Part shown: positions 39,613 through 51,192 of the stretch, in pieces
Layout: each line of letters opens with the position of its first letter
Position numbering within the stretch: position 1 is the stretch's first letter
Assembly: GCA_947311255.1 (NCBI GenBank)
Contig: CAMZKL010000031.1
Location: forward strand, 28,024-92,023
Direction: 5' to 3'
Origin: an uncultured Chlorobiota bacterium
GTDB lineage: Bacteria; Bacteroidota; Bacteroidia; Bacteroidales; JAADGE01
DNA: 64,000 nt
Position numbers and translations under genes: made by a program
Notes under the pieces: generated by a model
Seen by the model: only the letters and a program-made list of their open reading frames with translations
Told to the model about the DNA's origin: nothing
Databases searched by the model: none

Positions 39613-39618
39613 CTTAAA
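39613..39618. repeat. target-site duplication copy 1 (CTTAAA)
   Basis: Identical hexamer immediately flanking the element. Confidence 0.7.
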
Positions 39619-39754
39619 CAATGGGTCGTTACATTTCTTATCCACGAATGTACGAATAAACATAACTACCTTATTTTAAAGCTATTAGGTTTCTGTGGAC
39701 ACAAATACTAATCGCCTGATAAACAGGTAATTAAAAAAACTTAACGAACCATTG
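39619..39754. mobile_element. MITE-like non-autonomous insertion, 136 bp
   Basis: Terminal inverted repeats are caatgggtcgtta (39619-39631) and taacgaaccattg (39742-39754), matching 12/13. It is flanked by a direct CTTAAA duplication, has no coding capacity and interrupts a conserved HisKA helix. Confidence 0.75.
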
Positions 39755-39760
39755 CTTAAA
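39755..39760. repeat. target-site duplication copy 2 (CTTAAA)
   Basis: Identical hexamer immediately flanking the element. Confidence 0.7.
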
Positions 39761-40776
39761 GTAATCTTATTTAAATATGATTTGTTTTCAGGCTTGGTTA
39801 ATTTAGATTCTAGGATTTCCGAAAAACCTAAAATCGCATTCATCGGAGTACGAATTTCATGACTCATATTAGCTAAAAATTCACTTTTAAGTTTTGTTGA
39901 TTCTTTAGCTTGAAATTCTGCAATTTTAAGGTCTTTATTTTTTGATAAAAGAATTTTATTTAGCTTATTTAATTTTTGTGTTTTTTCATCAATTCTAATT
40001 TTTAATTCTTCTGAAAATTTAATCTCATTTTTAATTATAAGTTTTATCATAGACCACCCTATTAGCAATAAAAATAAATAGATAATACATGCCGTCAGTA
40101 ATGATTTTTTGAAATTGTTGTCTATGATACCTAATATATTTTGTTTAGACATATTAATGCTTATAATTCCTCTTAAATCTCCTAGCTTATAGTTGTATGC
40201 TTTATCATAATTATCTCGTACTGTTGAAGTTACATCTTCTCTTTTGCCATGGCAATTTAAACAAGATGTTTTAATGTAAAGTGGTGTGGAGCAGTAAAAT
40301 GCAGAGTCTAAATCTTTATAGAAGAAATCTTTTGAAGGATTTTTCTTAAAATATGAAATAATTTTAAGCTCATCTGAATTAGTCATATTAGATTTATTTC
40401 TAGGGCGGTCAGATACAGTTCGAATAGTTATTTTATGTTTAAGCCTTAATGAAAAATCTTCTGCAATATTTTTTATAGTTTTTGTAGGAAATAGATTAAT
40501 TGTTCTATTATCTATTGGAATATGATTTTCAATAAAAGCATTTTGATATATTTGCTTAAAAGAAACTAATAGTGCTATTAAAGATTTTGATTCGCTAGTA
40601 ATAATCATCTTCTTCAAATCTTTATCGGAAACATAATTATAGTAGAACTTAATGCTTATAATCATTAAAAACACCAAAGCATATATTTTAAAAATTAGAA
40701 CTCTTTTTTTTATTGAAAAATTTGAGATTTTCTTTGTAAAAGAATAAATTTATAGAATAACTAAAATACTTTACCA

Positions 40777-40784
40777 CAAATATA
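40777..40784 (-). promoter_or_regulatory. candidate -7 box (TATATTTG) for the hybrid kinase gene
   Basis: The reverse complement matches TAnnTTTG upstream of the kinase 5' end. Confidence 0.3.
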
Positions 40785-40977
40785 TACAAATAAAATAATT
40801 ATTGCAAATTACTTATTTTTAAATTTATTGCTTAATCCGTATAATATAAACTTAATCTGAATATTATCAGTATATTATTAAGGTGTGCTATGTTAGTGTT
40901 TTAACTTTGAAAGTGAAATAAGTTATAATCTAAAAATAAAATTTCAAAAAAAAGGTTGTATTAAAAAAAAATAATTT

Positions 40978-40985
40978 TATCTTTG
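40978..40985 (+). promoter_or_regulatory. candidate -7 box (TATCTTTG) for the str operon
   Basis: Matches TAnnTTTG, 28 nt upstream of the rpsL ATG. Confidence 0.45.
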
Positions 40986-41012
40986 CACCCCGAAATTAAA
41001 AATATATAAGAA

Positions 41013-41390
41013 ATGCCTACAATTCAACAGTTAATAAGAAAAGGAAGAAAAAAAGTAAAGAAAAAAAGCAAATCTCCTGCTCTTAATTCAAGCCCTCAAA
41101 AAAGAGGTGTATGCGTAAGAGTTTATACAACGACTCCCAAAAAACCAAATTCAGCAATGCGTAAAGTTGCAAGAGTAAGGTTAACAAACGACAAAGAAGT
41201 CAATGCGTACATTCCTGGTGAAGGGCATAATCTTCAAGAACACTCTATTGTTCTTGTAAGAGGAGGAAGAATTAAAGATTTGCCGGGAGTTCGTTATCAT
41301 ATTGTTCGAGGAACATTAGATACGCAAGGTGTTGACGATAGAACTCAAAGAAGATCAAAATATGGTACTAAAAGACCTAAAAAGAAATAA
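41013..41390 (+). CDS. rpsL: 30S ribosomal protein S12
   Basis: [12 protein letters not shown]... and [10 protein letters not shown]. Confidence 0.95.
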   Translation: MPTIQQLIRKGRKKVKKKSKSPALNSSPQKRGVCVRVYTTTPKKPNSAMRKVARVRLTNDKEVNAYIPGEGHNLQEHSIVLVRGGRIKDLPGVRYHIVRGTLDTQGVDDRTQRRSKYGTKRPKKK

Positions 41391-41485
41391 AACTTTAAAG
41401 CTGTAATTAGCACATAAGTATTAAAAAGTTACAAAAATAAACTATATACTTTAAATTTTACACTTTGTACATATTATAATAAGGT

Positions 41486-41962
41486 ATGAGAAATCAGAAA
41501 AAAAGAAAATTTAAAATTCAGGCTGACCCAAAATTTAACGATTTAATGGTAACTCAGTTTGTGAATAATCTAATGTTCAGTGGGAAAAAGAATATTTCCT
41601 ACAACATTTTTTATTCTGCATTAGATATCGTTGAACAAAGAACAAAAGATATTGAAGCATCTCCACTAGACATTTGGAAAAAAGCTATTGAAAACGTAAC
41701 GCCACAAGTTGAGGTTAAAAGCCGAAGAGTTGGAGGAGCAACATTTCAAGTGCCTACACAAGTTAACCCTTCCAGGAAAATGTCAATCAGTATGAAAAAC
41801 ATGATTAAGTTTGCAAGAGCTAGAAGAGGAAAAACAATGTCCGAAAAACTTGCAGCAGAAATTATGGACGCTTATAAAGGTGAAGGTGGAGCATTTAAAA
41901 GAAAAGAAGAAACTCACAGAATGGCAGAAGCAAACAAAGCATTTGCTCATTTCAGATTCTAA
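41486..41962 (+). CDS. rpsG: 30S ribosomal protein S7
   Basis: 158 aa. S7 sequence and operon position. Confidence 0.95.
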   Translation: MRNQKKRKFKIQADPKFNDLMVTQFVNNLMFSGKKNISYNIFYSALDIVEQRTKDIEASPLDIWKKAIENVTPQVEVKSRRVGGATFQVPTQVNPSRKMSISMKNMIKFARARRGKTMSEKLAAEIMDAYKGEGGAFKRKEETHRMAEANKAFAHFRF

Positions 41963-41970
41963 ATTATTAA

Positions 41971-44079
41971 ATGGCAATTGAAGAATTAAAATATACACGC
42001 AACATTGGTATCATGGCTCATATTGATGCTGGTAAAACTACAACAACCGAAAGGATATTGTATTATACTGGTGTGAATTATAAGATAGGTGAAGTACATG
42101 ACGGACTTGCAACCATGGATTGGATGGAGCAAGAACAAGAGCGAGGTATAACTATAACTTCTGCCGCTACAACTACTTATTGGAATGTAAGTAACCAAAA
42201 GTATAAAATAAATATTATCGATACTCCCGGACACGTTGACTTTACTGTTGAAGTTGAACGTTCTCTTAGAGTATTAGATGGTGCCGTTGCTGTTTTTTGT
42301 GCAGTAGGCGGTGTAGAACCACAATCAGAAACAGTTTGGAGACAAGCTGATAAATATGAAGTACCCGTAATAGCATTTGTAAATAAAATGGATAGAATGG
42401 GAGCTGACTTTTTTGGTGTTGTGGAACAAATAAAAGAAAAATTAGGAGCAAATGCAGTCCCTTTTCAAATACCAATTGGTTCAGATGAAGATTTTGTCGG
42501 ATTAATTGATTTAATAGAAAGGAAAGCATATACATGGTCGAAAGATGATGAATATGGAATTAAATATCTTACTTCTGAAATTCCTGAAAATTTAAAACAA
42601 GAAGTTGAAGAATGGAGAGAAAACTTAATTGAAGGAGTAATTGAGTTCGATGATGAAATCATGGAAAGATTTTTTGACGATAGAAGTAAAATAAGTGTCG
42701 AAGAATTTAAAGCTGTTGCTAGAAAAACAGTGTTAAAAAGGGAAGTAGTCCCCGTATTATGTGGTTCTGCTTTCAAAAACAAAGGAATTCAAATGTTATT
42801 AAATAGTATTGTTGAATTTCTTCCAAACCCCGTAGATATACCACCAGTTAAAGGAATTAATCCGAAAAATGATACTGAGATTGAACGTAAAGCTGATAGA
42901 GAAGAACCTTTATCAGCCTTAGTTTTTAAAATAGCATCTGATAAATTTATAGGTAAATTAGCCTACGTAAGAATTTATTCAGGCTCTTTAAAAGCTAAAA
43001 GCAATGTTTTTAATCCAAGGACAAATAAACGTGTTAGACTAGCAAACATTTATCAAATGCATGCAAATAAACAAATTGCAAAAGATGAGGTATTTGCTGG
43101 AGATATATGTGCAGTTGTTGGGTTTAAAGATATTCAAACAGGAGATACATTAACTTCTGAAAATAAAAAAATAGTTCTTGAAAACATTAAATTTCCTGAA
43201 CCGGTAATAGGAGTTGTTGTTGAACCAAAAGCTCAAAAAGATATTGAAAAACTAAATGCTTCTCTACAAATTCTTGCAGAAGAAGACCCTACATTTCAAG
43301 TTAAAACCGACAAAAATACCGGTCAAAGAATAATATCTGGAATGGGAGAATTACATTTAGAGATATTAATTGATCGCTTAGAAAGAGAGTTTAATGTAAA
43401 ATGTAACCAAGGAAAACCTAAAGTATCATATAAAGAAAGTTTAACTAAACAAGTTGAGCATACAGAAATATTTGATAAAGAAAACATTGGAGGAAAAGGT
43501 AAATTTGCAGAAATCACAGTAAGATTATCTCAGTACGAAGATGAAAATAAATTTTTATTTATCAATAATGTAGATGATACTAAAATACCAAAGAAATTTA
43601 TACCTTTTATTGAAAAAGGTTTTCATGAAGCAATGAATAACGGACCTCTTGCAGGTTATCCCTTAGATAATTTGAAAGTAGAATTAATAGGAGGTTCTTT
43701 TAAGGAAGAAGAATCAGACGAATTAGCTTTTGAAATAGTTGCACGTCAGGCATATAGAAATGCTACCGTTAAAGCAAATCCAATTTTAATGGAACCAATA
43801 ATGGATGTTGAAATACTAACACCAGGCGAATACTTAGGAGATATTGTTTCTGATTTAAATAAAAGAAGAAGTCAGATTAAAGGAACATCTGAAAAAATTA
43901 ATCTGCAAGTCATTAGTGCATCTGTTCCATTATCAGAAATGTTTGGTTATGTTACAATATTAAGGACGCTTAGTTCAGGAAGAGCATCTTCAACTATGGA
44001 ATTTTCACACTATGGTGAAGTTGATTCACGAATATCTAATGAAATAATAGCAAGATTAACTGGAAAAATATTTGTATAA
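41971..44079 (+). CDS. fusA: elongation factor G
   Basis: [17 protein letters not shown] and NKMD GTPase motifs. 702 aa. Confidence 0.95.
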   Translation: MAIEELKYTRNIGIMAHIDAGKTTTTERILYYTGVNYKIGEVHDGLATMDWMEQEQERGITITSAATTTYWNVSNQKYKINIIDTPGHVDFTVEVERSLRVLDGAVAVFCAVGGVEPQSETVWRQADKYEVPVIAFVNKMDRMGADFFGVVEQIKEKLGANAVPFQIPIGSDEDFVGLIDLIERKAYTWSKDDEYGIKYLTSEIPENLKQEVEEWRENLIEGVIEFDDEIMERFFDDRSKISVEEFKAVARKTVLKREVVPVLCGSAFKNKGIQMLLNSIVEFLPNPVDIPPVKGINPKNDTEIERKADREEPLSALVFKIASDKFIGKLAYVRIYSGSLKAKSNVFNPRTNKRVRLANIYQMHANKQIAKDEVFAGDICAVVGFKDIQTGDTLTSENKKIVLENIKFPEPVIGVVVEPKAQKDIEKLNASLQILAEEDPTFQVKTDKNTGQRIISGMGELHLEILIDRLEREFNVKCNQGKPKVSYKESLTKQVEHTEIFDKENIGGKGKFAEITVRLSQYEDENKFLFINNVDDTKIPKKFIPFIEKGFHEAMNNGPLAGYPLDNLKVELIGGSFKEEESDELAFEIVARQAYRNATVKANPILMEPIMDVEILTPGEYLGDIVSDLNKRRSQIKGTSEKINLQVISASVPLSEMFGYVTILRTLSSGRASSTMEFSHYGEVDSRISNEIIARLTGKIFV

Positions 44080-44104
44080 TATATAATAACTAATGCTTTT
44101 TTAA

Positions 44105-44410
44105 ATGTCAAAAAAAATTAGAATAAAACTAAAATCATACGATCATAGCTTGGTTGATAATTCAGCTGAAAAGATTGTAAAAACTGTAAAAACTACCGGA
44201 GCAATTGTTAGTGGTCCAATTCCATTACCAACGCAGAAAAGAATTTTTACTGTATTAAGATCAACTTTTGTAAATAAAAAATCAAGAGAGCAATTTCAAC
44301 TTTCTTCTTTCAAAAGATTAATTGATATATACAGTTCAAACTCAAAAACTGTTGATGCCTTAATGAAACTAGAATTGCCAAGCGGTGTTGATGTAGAAAT
44401 AAAAGTTTAA
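44105..44410 (+). CDS. rpsJ: 30S ribosomal protein S10
   Basis: Sequence and operon order. Confidence 0.95.
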   Translation: MSKKIRIKLKSYDHSLVDNSAEKIVKTVKTTGAIVSGPIPLPTQKRIFTVLRSTFVNKKSREQFQLSSFKRLIDIYSSNSKTVDALMKLELPSGVDVEIKV

Positions 44411-44436
44411 TAATAACTGGTAAAATTTAAAAAAAA

Positions 44437-45057
44437 ATGGCCGGATTAATAGGTAAAAAAATCGGTATGACATCGATTTTCAGTGCCGATGGGACTAATA
44501 TTCCATGCACTGTTTTAGAAGTCGGACCCTGCGTTGTTACACAGATTAAAACTGTTGAAAACGATGGTTACGAAGCTGTTCAAATAGCTTACGACGAAAA
44601 AAAAGAGAAAAGAACAAACAAACCTCAAATGGGGCATTTTAAAAATGCAAAAACTACTCCAAAAAGGAAAATTGTTGAGTTCTCACTTCTCAAAGGTAAA
44701 GAATATAAAGTTGGAGAAACTTTAAATGTTGATTTTTTTAATGACGATACTTGGGTTGACGTTACCGGAACTTCAAAAGGTAAAGGATTTCAAGGTGTTG
44801 TAAAAAGATATAATTTTAAAGGAGTTGGAGATGCAACTCACGGACAACATAACAGACTAAGAGCCCCTGGTTCATTAGGAGCGTCTTCATACCCTTCAAG
44901 AGTATTTAAAGGAATGAGAATGGCTGGAAGAACAGGTGGAGACAGAGTAAAAATCATGAACTTAAGGGTTATTAAGATTATACCTGAAAATAATCTAATC
45001 ATCGTAAAAGGATCCGTTCCCGGAGCACGTGGTTCATACATAATAATTGAGAAGTAA
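44437..45057 (+). CDS. rplC: 50S ribosomal protein L3
   Basis: Sequence and operon order. Confidence 0.95.
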   Translation: MAGLIGKKIGMTSIFSADGTNIPCTVLEVGPCVVTQIKTVENDGYEAVQIAYDEKKEKRTNKPQMGHFKNAKTTPKRKIVEFSLLKGKEYKVGETLNVDFFNDDTWVDVTGTSKGKGFQGVVKRYNFKGVGDATHGQHNRLRAPGSLGASSYPSRVFKGMRMAGRTGGDRVKIMNLRVIKIIPENNLIIVKGSVPGARGSYIIIEK

Positions 45058-45692
45058 TGAAACTAAACGTATTTAATATATCCGGAAAAGATACCGGAAA
45101 GACAGTTGAATTAGCAGATGAAATTTTTGCTATTGAACCAAATGATCATGTTATTTATCTTGACGTAAAACAAAATCTTGCAAATAAAAGACAAGGAACA
45201 CACAAAGCTAAAGAAAGAGGTGAGGTTAAAGGTAGTACAAGAAAAATAAAGAGACAAAAAGGAACAGGTACCGCAAGAGCAGGAACAATGAAAAATCCAT
45301 TATATAGAGGTGGAGGACGTGTATTTGGACCAAGACCAAGAGATTATAGTTTTAAGTTGAATAAAAAAGTAAAACAATTAGCTCGTATTTCAGCCTTATC
45401 TTATAAAGCAAAAGATAAAAATATTATTATTCTTGAAGACTTTGAATTTAAAGCACCTGAAACAAAAAAATATATTGATTTGACAAAAAATTTAAAGATT
45501 AATAATAAAAAATCAATATTAGTTTTTAAAAATGAAAATAAAAACGTATATTTGTCAGCTCGAAATTTGAAGCAATCAAAAGTATTAACTGTATCACATT
45601 TAACTACTTACGATGTGTTAAACAGTGAAACTTTAGTCTTGACAGAAAGCTCTTTAATCCAAATTAATGAGATTTTAGGCAAAAAAAAATAA
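45057..45692 (+). CDS. rplD: 50S ribosomal protein L4
   Basis: Sequence and operon order. TAATG overlap with rplC. Confidence 0.95.
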   Translation: MKLNVFNISGKDTGKTVELADEIFAIEPNDHVIYLDVKQNLANKRQGTHKAKERGEVKGSTRKIKRQKGTGTARAGTMKNPLYRGGGRVFGPRPRDYSFKLNKKVKQLARISALSYKAKDKNIIILEDFEFKAPETKKYIDLTKNLKINNKKSILVFKNENKNVYLSARNLKQSKVLTVSHLTTYDVLNSETLVLTESSLIQINEILGKKK

Positions 45693-45737
45693 AAAATTAA
45701 AATTTCGATTGAATATTAATGAAATAAAATTAATCAG

Positions 45738-46028
45738 ATGAGTATCATTATTGAACCAATAATAACTGAAAAAATGACTGACAAAGCTGAAAAACTTAAT
45801 CAGTTTGGGTTTATTGTTGATAAGAAAACTAATAAAATTGAAATTAAAAAAGCTGTTGAGAAATTATACAATGTTCAAGTTGAAAGTGTAAACACTATGA
45901 TTTATGGTGGAAAAAGAAAAAATCGTAATACTAAATCTGGCTTAATTAAAGGAAGAACAAATTCATTTAAAAAAGCTATTGTTACATTAGTAGATGGTGA
46001 AACAATTGATTTTTACAGCAATATATAA
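45738..46028 (+). CDS. rplW: 50S ribosomal protein L23
   Basis: Sequence and operon order. Confidence 0.95.
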   Translation: MSIIIEPIITEKMTDKAEKLNQFGFIVDKKTNKIEIKKAVEKLYNVQVESVNTMIYGGKRKNRNTKSGLIKGRTNSFKKAIVTLVDGETIDFYSNI

Positions 46029-46034
46029 AAAATC

Positions 46035-46871
46035 ATGGCAGTAAAGAAAATTAAACCCGTAACTCCTGGACAAAGAAGAAAAATCGTAAATGTTTTAGAT
46101 GAAATAACAACATCAAAACCCGAAAAAACTTTAGTCATAGGAAAAAATAAATCCGGAGGTAGAAACAACCAGGGACGTATGACAATGCGTTATATTGGTG
46201 GAGGACACAAAAAATCTTATAGAATTATCGATTTTAAAAGAGATAAAGAAGGCGTACCCGCAACTGTTAAAACAATTGAATACGATCCTAACAGAACTGC
46301 ACTAATTGCTTTATTGTTTTATGCAGATGGTGCAAAAAGATATATAATTGCTCCAAATGGTCTTAAAGTTGGTGATGTAATTATTTCAGGTAAAGAAATT
46401 GCACCTGAAATAGGAAATACACTTTATCTTTCTGATATACCTATGGGAACAGTAATTCATAATGTAGAATTACAACCACAAAAAGGTGCTGAATTAGCAA
46501 GAAGTGCAGGTTCATATGCACAATTAGTTTCTAAGGAAGGAAAATTTGTTTTAATTAAATTACCATCTGGAGAAATAAGAAAAATTTTAGCAACTTGTAA
46601 AGCTACAATAGGAACAGTATCAAACTCTGACCATGCTCTTGAAAGATCTGGTAAAGCCGGCAGAACAAGATGGCAAGGAAGAAGACCTAGAGTAAGAGGT
46701 GTTGCTATGAATCCAGTTGACCATCCAATGGGTGGTGGTGAAGGAAAATCATCCGGAGGACATCCAAGATCAAGAAATGGTATTTTAGCAAAAGGATTCA
46801 GAACAAGAGGTAAAAAAGCATCAGATAAATATATAATTGAAAGAAGAAAATCTAAAAAACGTAAGAAATAA
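46035..46871 (+). CDS. rplB: 50S ribosomal protein L2
   Basis: Sequence ([10 protein letters not shown]) and operon order. Confidence 0.95.
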   Translation: MAVKKIKPVTPGQRRKIVNVLDEITTSKPEKTLVIGKNKSGGRNNQGRMTMRYIGGGHKKSYRIIDFKRDKEGVPATVKTIEYDPNRTALIALLFYADGAKRYIIAPNGLKVGDVIISGKEIAPEIGNTLYLSDIPMGTVIHNVELQPQKGAELARSAGSYAQLVSKEGKFVLIKLPSGEIRKILATCKATIGTVSNSDHALERSGKAGRTRWQGRRPRVRGVAMNPVDHPMGGGEGKSSGGHPRSRNGILAKGFRTRGKKASDKYIIERRKSKKRKK

Positions 46872-46877
46872 ATTTCT

Positions 46878-47138
46878 ATGAGCAGATCACTCAAAAAAGG
46901 ACCATACATTGACTATAAACTTGAAAAAAAAGTTGTAGAAATGAGCGAGTCAGGTAAAAAGAAAGTAATTAAAACTTGGGCAAGAAATTCCATGATTCCG
47001 CCAGATTTTGTAGGTCATACAATAGCAGTACATAATGGGAAAAAATTTATTCCGGTATATGTAACAGAAAATATGGTTGGACACAGATTAGGAGAATTTT
47101 CACCTACTAGAACTTATAGAGGACATAAAAAGAAATAA
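46878..47138 (+). CDS. rpsS: 30S ribosomal protein S19
   Basis: Sequence and operon order. Confidence 0.95.
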   Translation: MSRSLKKGPYIDYKLEKKVVEMSESGKKKVIKTWARNSMIPPDFVGHTIAVHNGKKFIPVYVTENMVGHRLGEFSPTRTYRGHKKK

Positions 47139-47140
47139 TA

Positions 47141-47542
47141 ATGGGCGTACGTAAAAAAGAAAGAGCAGATAAAATTAAAGAAGCAAAAAAGAATCAATAT
47201 TTTGCTATTTTAAGAAACTGTCCTACATCTCCAAGAAAGATGAGGATTGTTGCAGACCTTATAAGAGGAAAAGAAGTCTTAAAAGCTCTCGATATACTAA
47301 AATTTAACCCGAAAGAAGCATCAGGTAGATTAGAAAAACTATTAAAATCTGCAATTGCTAATTGGGAAAATAAAAACGATGGTGATAAACCAGAAGATTT
47401 TCATCTATATGTAAAAGAAATTAGAGTTGATTCTGCTGGAATGCTGAAACGTTTTAGACCTGCTCCTCAAGGAAGAGCACATAGAATTAGAAAACGTTCA
47501 AATCACGTTACTTTATTTATTGACAGCAAAGAAAAACAATAG
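47141..47542 (+). CDS. rplV: 50S ribosomal protein L22
   Basis: Sequence and operon order. Confidence 0.95.
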   Translation: MGVRKKERADKIKEAKKNQYFAILRNCPTSPRKMRIVADLIRGKEVLKALDILKFNPKEASGRLEKLLKSAIANWENKNDGDKPEDFHLYVKEIRVDSAGMLKRFRPAPQGRAHRIRKRSNHVTLFIDSKEKQ

Positions 47543-47543
47543 A

Positions 47544-48272
47544 ATGGGACAAAAAATTAATCCAATAAGCAATAGGCTTGGTATAATCAGAGGTTGGGAT
47601 TCTAATTGGTATGGTGGAGATAAATACGCCGACAAAATTCAAGAAGACAGTAAAATTAGAGTTTACTTAAAAGCTAGATTATCAAAAGCAAGTATTTCAA
47701 GAATTATTATTGAAAGAACACTTAAATTAATAACTGTAACAATTACTACTTCAAGGCCAGGTATTATTATTGGCAAAGGTGGTCAAGAAGTTGACAAACT
47801 TAAAGAAGAATTAAAGAAAATTACCGGAGGAAAAGACATTCAAATTAATATCTTTGAAATCAAAAAACCAGAATTGGATGCTGTTATAGTAGCAGAAAAT
47901 ATTGCTAAACAAGTTGAAGGTAATATTGCATATAGAAGAGCTGTTAGAATGGCTATTTCATCTGCCATGAGAATGGGAGCAGAAGGAATAAAAGTCCTTG
48001 TCGCAGGAAGACTCAACGGTGCTGAGATGGCAAGAAAAGAAATGTTTAAAGAAGGAAGAACTCCACTACACACTCTCAGAGCAGATATAGATTTCTATAA
48101 TTCTGAAGCATTAACAAAAGTAGGTCTAATAGGTATTAAAGTTTGGATTTGCAGAGGCGAAAAATTTGGAAAACAAGACTTAACTCCTAATTTCTCAAAA
48201 GCTCAAACAAAACGCCAATTTGCAGGAGGAAAAGGTGGAAGAAAATCAAGACCACCAAGAAGAAGAAACTAA
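47544..48272 (+). CDS. rpsC: 30S ribosomal protein S3
   Basis: The ATG at 47544 (MGQKINP...) is preferred over the TTG at 47520 used by the track. Confidence 0.93.
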   Translation: MGQKINPISNRLGIIRGWDSNWYGGDKYADKIQEDSKIRVYLKARLSKASISRIIIERTLKLITVTITTSRPGIIIGKGGQEVDKLKEELKKITGGKDIQINIFEIKKPELDAVIVAENIAKQVEGNIAYRRAVRMAISSAMRMGAEGIKVLVAGRLNGAEMARKEMFKEGRTPLHTLRADIDFYNSEALTKVGLIGIKVWICRGEKFGKQDLTPNFSKAQTKRQFAGGKGGRKSRPPRRRN

Positions 48273-48300
48273 AAATTATCAGATTTAACAAATAATAAAG

Positions 48301-48726
48301 ATGTTACAACCTAAGAAGACAAAATTTAGAAAGCAACAGAAAGGAAGAATGAAAGGTAACTCTGGAAGAGGAACCACAATAGCCTTCGGATCTTTTGCCA
48401 TAAAATCACTTGAAACTGCATGGGTAACAGGCAGACAATTAGAAGCAGCCAGACAAGCAGTTACAAGATATATGAAAAGAGAAGGAAATATTTGGATTCG
48501 TGTCTTTCCTGATAAACCTGTAACTAAAAAACCTGCTGAGGTTAGAATGGGTAAAGGAAAAGGAGAACCTGAATTGTTTGTTGCAAGAGTAAAACCAGGA
48601 AGAATTTTGTTTGAAGCAGACGGTGTTCCAATTGATGTTGCAAAAGAAGCAATGAGATTAGCAGCTCAAAAATTACCTGTAAAGACAAAATTTATTGTTA
48701 GAAGAGATTATGTTGAAACAATTTAA
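48301..48726 (+). CDS. rplP: 50S ribosomal protein L16
   Basis: Sequence and operon order. Confidence 0.95.
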   Translation: MLQPKKTKFRKQQKGRMKGNSGRGTTIAFGSFAIKSLETAWVTGRQLEAARQAVTRYMKREGNIWIRVFPDKPVTKKPAEVRMGKGKGEPELFVARVKPGRILFEADGVPIDVAKEAMRLAAQKLPVKTKFIVRRDYVETI

Positions 48727-48738
48727 TATAAAAGATTG

Positions 48739-48945
48739 ATGAAAAATTCTGAAATAAAAGAGTTAACAACTAAAGAGTTAATTGAAAGATTAGATAACGA
48801 ACAAACTAATAGAGTCAGTTTAAGAATGAATCATAAAGTAACTGACCTTGAAAACCCGCAACAAATTACTGAATCAAAAAGATTTATTGCTCGATTAAAA
48901 ACGGAATTACGTAAAAGAGAATTAAACGAAAATAAATCTAATTAA
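48739..48945 (+). CDS. rpmC: 50S ribosomal protein L29
   Basis: The ATG at 48739 is preferred. The track starts at the TTG at 48736. Confidence 0.9.
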   Translation: MKNSEIKELTTKELIERLDNEQTNRVSLRMNHKVTDLENPQQITESKRFIARLKTELRKRELNENKSN

Positions 48946-48956
48946 GAATATACAAA

Positions 48957-49214
48957 ATGGAACAGAGAAATCTAAGAAAAGAAAGAATTGGTATTGTTAT
49001 GGGTGATAAGATGCAAAAATCCATTACTGTAGCTGTTCGTACAAAAATGAAACATCCCAAATACGGTAAGTTCATTACTGAAACTAAAAAGTATATTGCT
49101 CATGATGAGGAAGATACATGTAAAATGGGTGATAAAGTTAAGATTGCTGAGACAAGACCTCTCAGTAAAAGAAAAAAATGGAGATTAGTTGAAATTATTG
49201 AAAGAGCTAAATAA
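48957..49214 (+). CDS. rpsQ: 30S ribosomal protein S17
   Basis: Sequence and operon order. Confidence 0.95.
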   Translation: MEQRNLRKERIGIVMGDKMQKSITVAVRTKMKHPKYGKFITETKKYIAHDEEDTCKMGDKVKIAETRPLSKRKKWRLVEIIERAK

Positions 49215-49216
49215 TC

Positions 49217-49582
49217 ATGGTACAACAAGAAAGTCGATTAAATGTTGCTGATAACAGTGGAGCTAAAGAAGTTTTAGTTATCAGAGTATTAGGAGGAACA
49301 AAAAAACGATATGCTACAATTGGAGATAAAGTTGTAGTAACAGTTAAAAGTGCAATTCCTTCAAGTGAAATAAAAAAAGGAACAGTAGCTACAGGTATAG
49401 TTGTAAGAACAAAAAAAGAAATTCGAAGAAAAGATGGTTCTTATATTAGATTTGACGATAATGCTGTTGTATTGCTTAATGCAACCGGTGAAATGAGAGG
49501 AACTCGTGTATTCGGACCAATTCCCAGAGAGTTAAGAAGTTCAAACATGAAAATTATTTCATTAGCACCCGAGGTATTATAA
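49217..49582 (+). CDS. rplN: 50S ribosomal protein L14
   Basis: Sequence and operon order. Confidence 0.95.
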   Translation: MVQQESRLNVADNSGAKEVLVIRVLGGTKKRYATIGDKVVVTVKSAIPSSEIKKGTVATGIVVRTKKEIRRKDGSYIRFDDNAVVLLNATGEMRGTRVFGPIPRELRSSNMKIISLAPEVL

Positions 49583-49600
49583 ATTGAAAATAAAATTCTG

Positions 49601-49930
49601 ATGCAAAAGAAGTTACATATAAAGAAAGGAGATATAGTTATTGTAAACTCCGGAAATGACAAAGGAAAAAAAGGACGTGTTATTTCTATAAATAGAGATA
49701 ACCATAGAGCTATTGTTGAAGGTGTTAATATGATATCTAAGCATACTAAACCAAATGCAAAATTTCCTGAAGGAGGAATAATTAAAAAAGAAGCAGCCGT
49801 TCATATTTCAAATCTGAATGTTGTTTGTCCTCAAACCGGAAAACCAACAAGAGTTGGAAGAAAAAAAAATGATAACGGAAAATTAGTTCGTTATTCGAAA
49901 AAATCTGATAATAAACAAGAGATTAAATAA
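49601..49930 (+). CDS. rplX: 50S ribosomal protein L24
   Basis: Sequence and operon order. Confidence 0.95.
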   Translation: MQKKLHIKKGDIVIVNSGNDKGKKGRVISINRDNHRAIVEGVNMISKHTKPNAKFPEGGIIKKEAAVHISNLNVVCPQTGKPTRVGRKKNDNGKLVRYSKKSDNKQEIK

Positions 49931-50478
49931 TGGAAAAAAGAGTTCCTACATTAAAGAAAAAATTCACAGACGAAATAATTCCTACTCTTATGAAAGAATT
50001 TAATTACACTAGTGTAATGCAAGTTCCAAGATTAGAGAAAATTGTTTTGAATCAAGGAGTTGGACAAGGAGTAGCAGATAAAAAGATTGTAAAAACTGCT
50101 CAAGACGAATTAACAATAATTGCAGGACAAAAAGCAATTCAAAGAAATTCAATAACTAATATTTCTAACTTTAAGTTAAGAGAAGGCATGCCAATTGGCG
50201 TTAAAGTAACTTTAAGAAGAGATAATATGTACGAATTTCTCGAAAAACTTCTTGTAATTGCTCTTCCAAGAATGAAAGATTTTCGTGGAATACCCGGTAA
50301 ACTTGATGGAAGAGGTAATTATACTCTTGGAATTGAAGAACAAATTATTTTCCCTGAAATAGAATTAGATAAAATAGATCGAATAATGGGAATGAATATA
50401 ACTTTTGTTACATCAGCAAGAACTGATGAAGAAGGTTACGCATTATTAAAACAATATGGATTTCCTTTTAAAAAATAG
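49930..50478 (+). CDS. rplE: 50S ribosomal protein L5
   Basis: Sequence and operon order. Confidence 0.95.
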   Translation: MEKRVPTLKKKFTDEIIPTLMKEFNYTSVMQVPRLEKIVLNQGVGQGVADKKIVKTAQDELTIIAGQKAIQRNSITNISNFKLREGMPIGVKVTLRRDNMYEFLEKLLVIALPRMKDFRGIPGKLDGRGNYTLGIEEQIIFPEIELDKIDRIMGMNITFVTSARTDEEGYALLKQYGFPFKK

Positions 50479-50483
50479 ACAGT

Positions 50484-50753
50484 ATGGCTAAAGAATCAAT
50501 GAAAGCTCGAGAGAGAAAACGACAAAAACTTGTTGACAGATACGCTGCGAAAAGACAAAAACTTAAAGATGAAGGCGACTGGGTAGGTTTGCAAAAGTTA
50601 CCTAAAAATTCTTCAAAAGTAAGATTACATAACAGATGTAGCTTAACAGGAAGACCAAAAGGATATATGAGACAATTCGGAATAAGCAGAATTACATTCA
50701 GAGAAATGGCATCACAAGGATTAATTCCTGGTGTTAAAAAAGCAAGTTGGTAA
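50484..50753 (+). CDS. rpsN: 30S ribosomal protein S14
   Basis: 89-aa long form, in the expected operon position. Confidence 0.95.
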   Translation: MAKESMKARERKRQKLVDRYAAKRQKLKDEGDWVGLQKLPKNSSKVRLHNRCSLTGRPKGYMRQFGISRITFREMASQGLIPGVKKASW

Positions 50754-50775
50754 AAATATTAAATAATTTATAAAG

Positions 50776-51174
50776 ATGATTACAGATACTGTTGCAGATT
50801 ACCTAACTCGAATAAGAAATGCCCAAATGGCAAAACATAGAGTGGTTGAAATTCCCGCTTCTAATTTGAGAAAAGGAGTAACCGAAATTTTATTTAACCA
50901 AGGTTATATATTAAGTTATAAGTTTGAAGAGGATAATAAGCAAGGAAAAATTAAAATAGCTTTAAAATATCATCCTAAAACAAAAGTACCTGCCATTAAA
51001 AAAATCGAAAGAGTTAGTACTCCTGGATTAAGGAAATATACGTCAGCTAATGATATGCCACGTGTATTAAATGGTTTAGGTATTGCTATTATATCTACTT
51101 CAAAAGGTATAATGACAAATAAAGAAGCCGTAAGACAAAATGTTGGTGGTGAAATTATTTGCTACGTTTATTAA
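50776..51174 (+). CDS. rpsH: 30S ribosomal protein S8
   Basis: Sequence and operon order. Confidence 0.95.
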   Translation: MITDTVADYLTRIRNAQMAKHRVVEIPASNLRKGVTEILFNQGYILSYKFEEDNKQGKIKIALKYHPKTKVPAIKKIERVSTPGLRKYTSANDMPRVLNGLGIAIISTSKGIMTNKEAVRQNVGGEIICYVY

Positions 51175-51192
51175 TAAGTATAAAGAAAAGAT

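Larger units (their letters stand above)
38622..40677 (-). pseudogene. hybrid sensor histidine kinase (CxxCH sensor domain + HisKA + HATPase_c + REC) disrupted by a 136-bp insertion
   Basis: The N-terminal ORF 39685..40677 ends just after the H-box ([19 protein letters not shown]). The C-terminal frame resumes with GKNLIHLINDILDISKIEAGQL... and runs through HATPase_c and REC to 38622. Deleting 39619-39760 joins ...YLNKITLS to GKNLIHL... in frame. Confidence 0.8.

Noticed and set aside
39619-39754. Alternative idea that the kinase is interrupted by a DNA inversion (invertible switch)
   Set aside because: Reverse-complementing the segment still gives in-frame stops. Simple excision of the segment plus one CTTAAA restores a perfect HisKA sequence, so insertion is the better model.
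46457-46909. 150-aa minus-strand ORF
   Set aside because: It is antisense to rplB and rpsS and is a proline/leucine-rich shadow frame.
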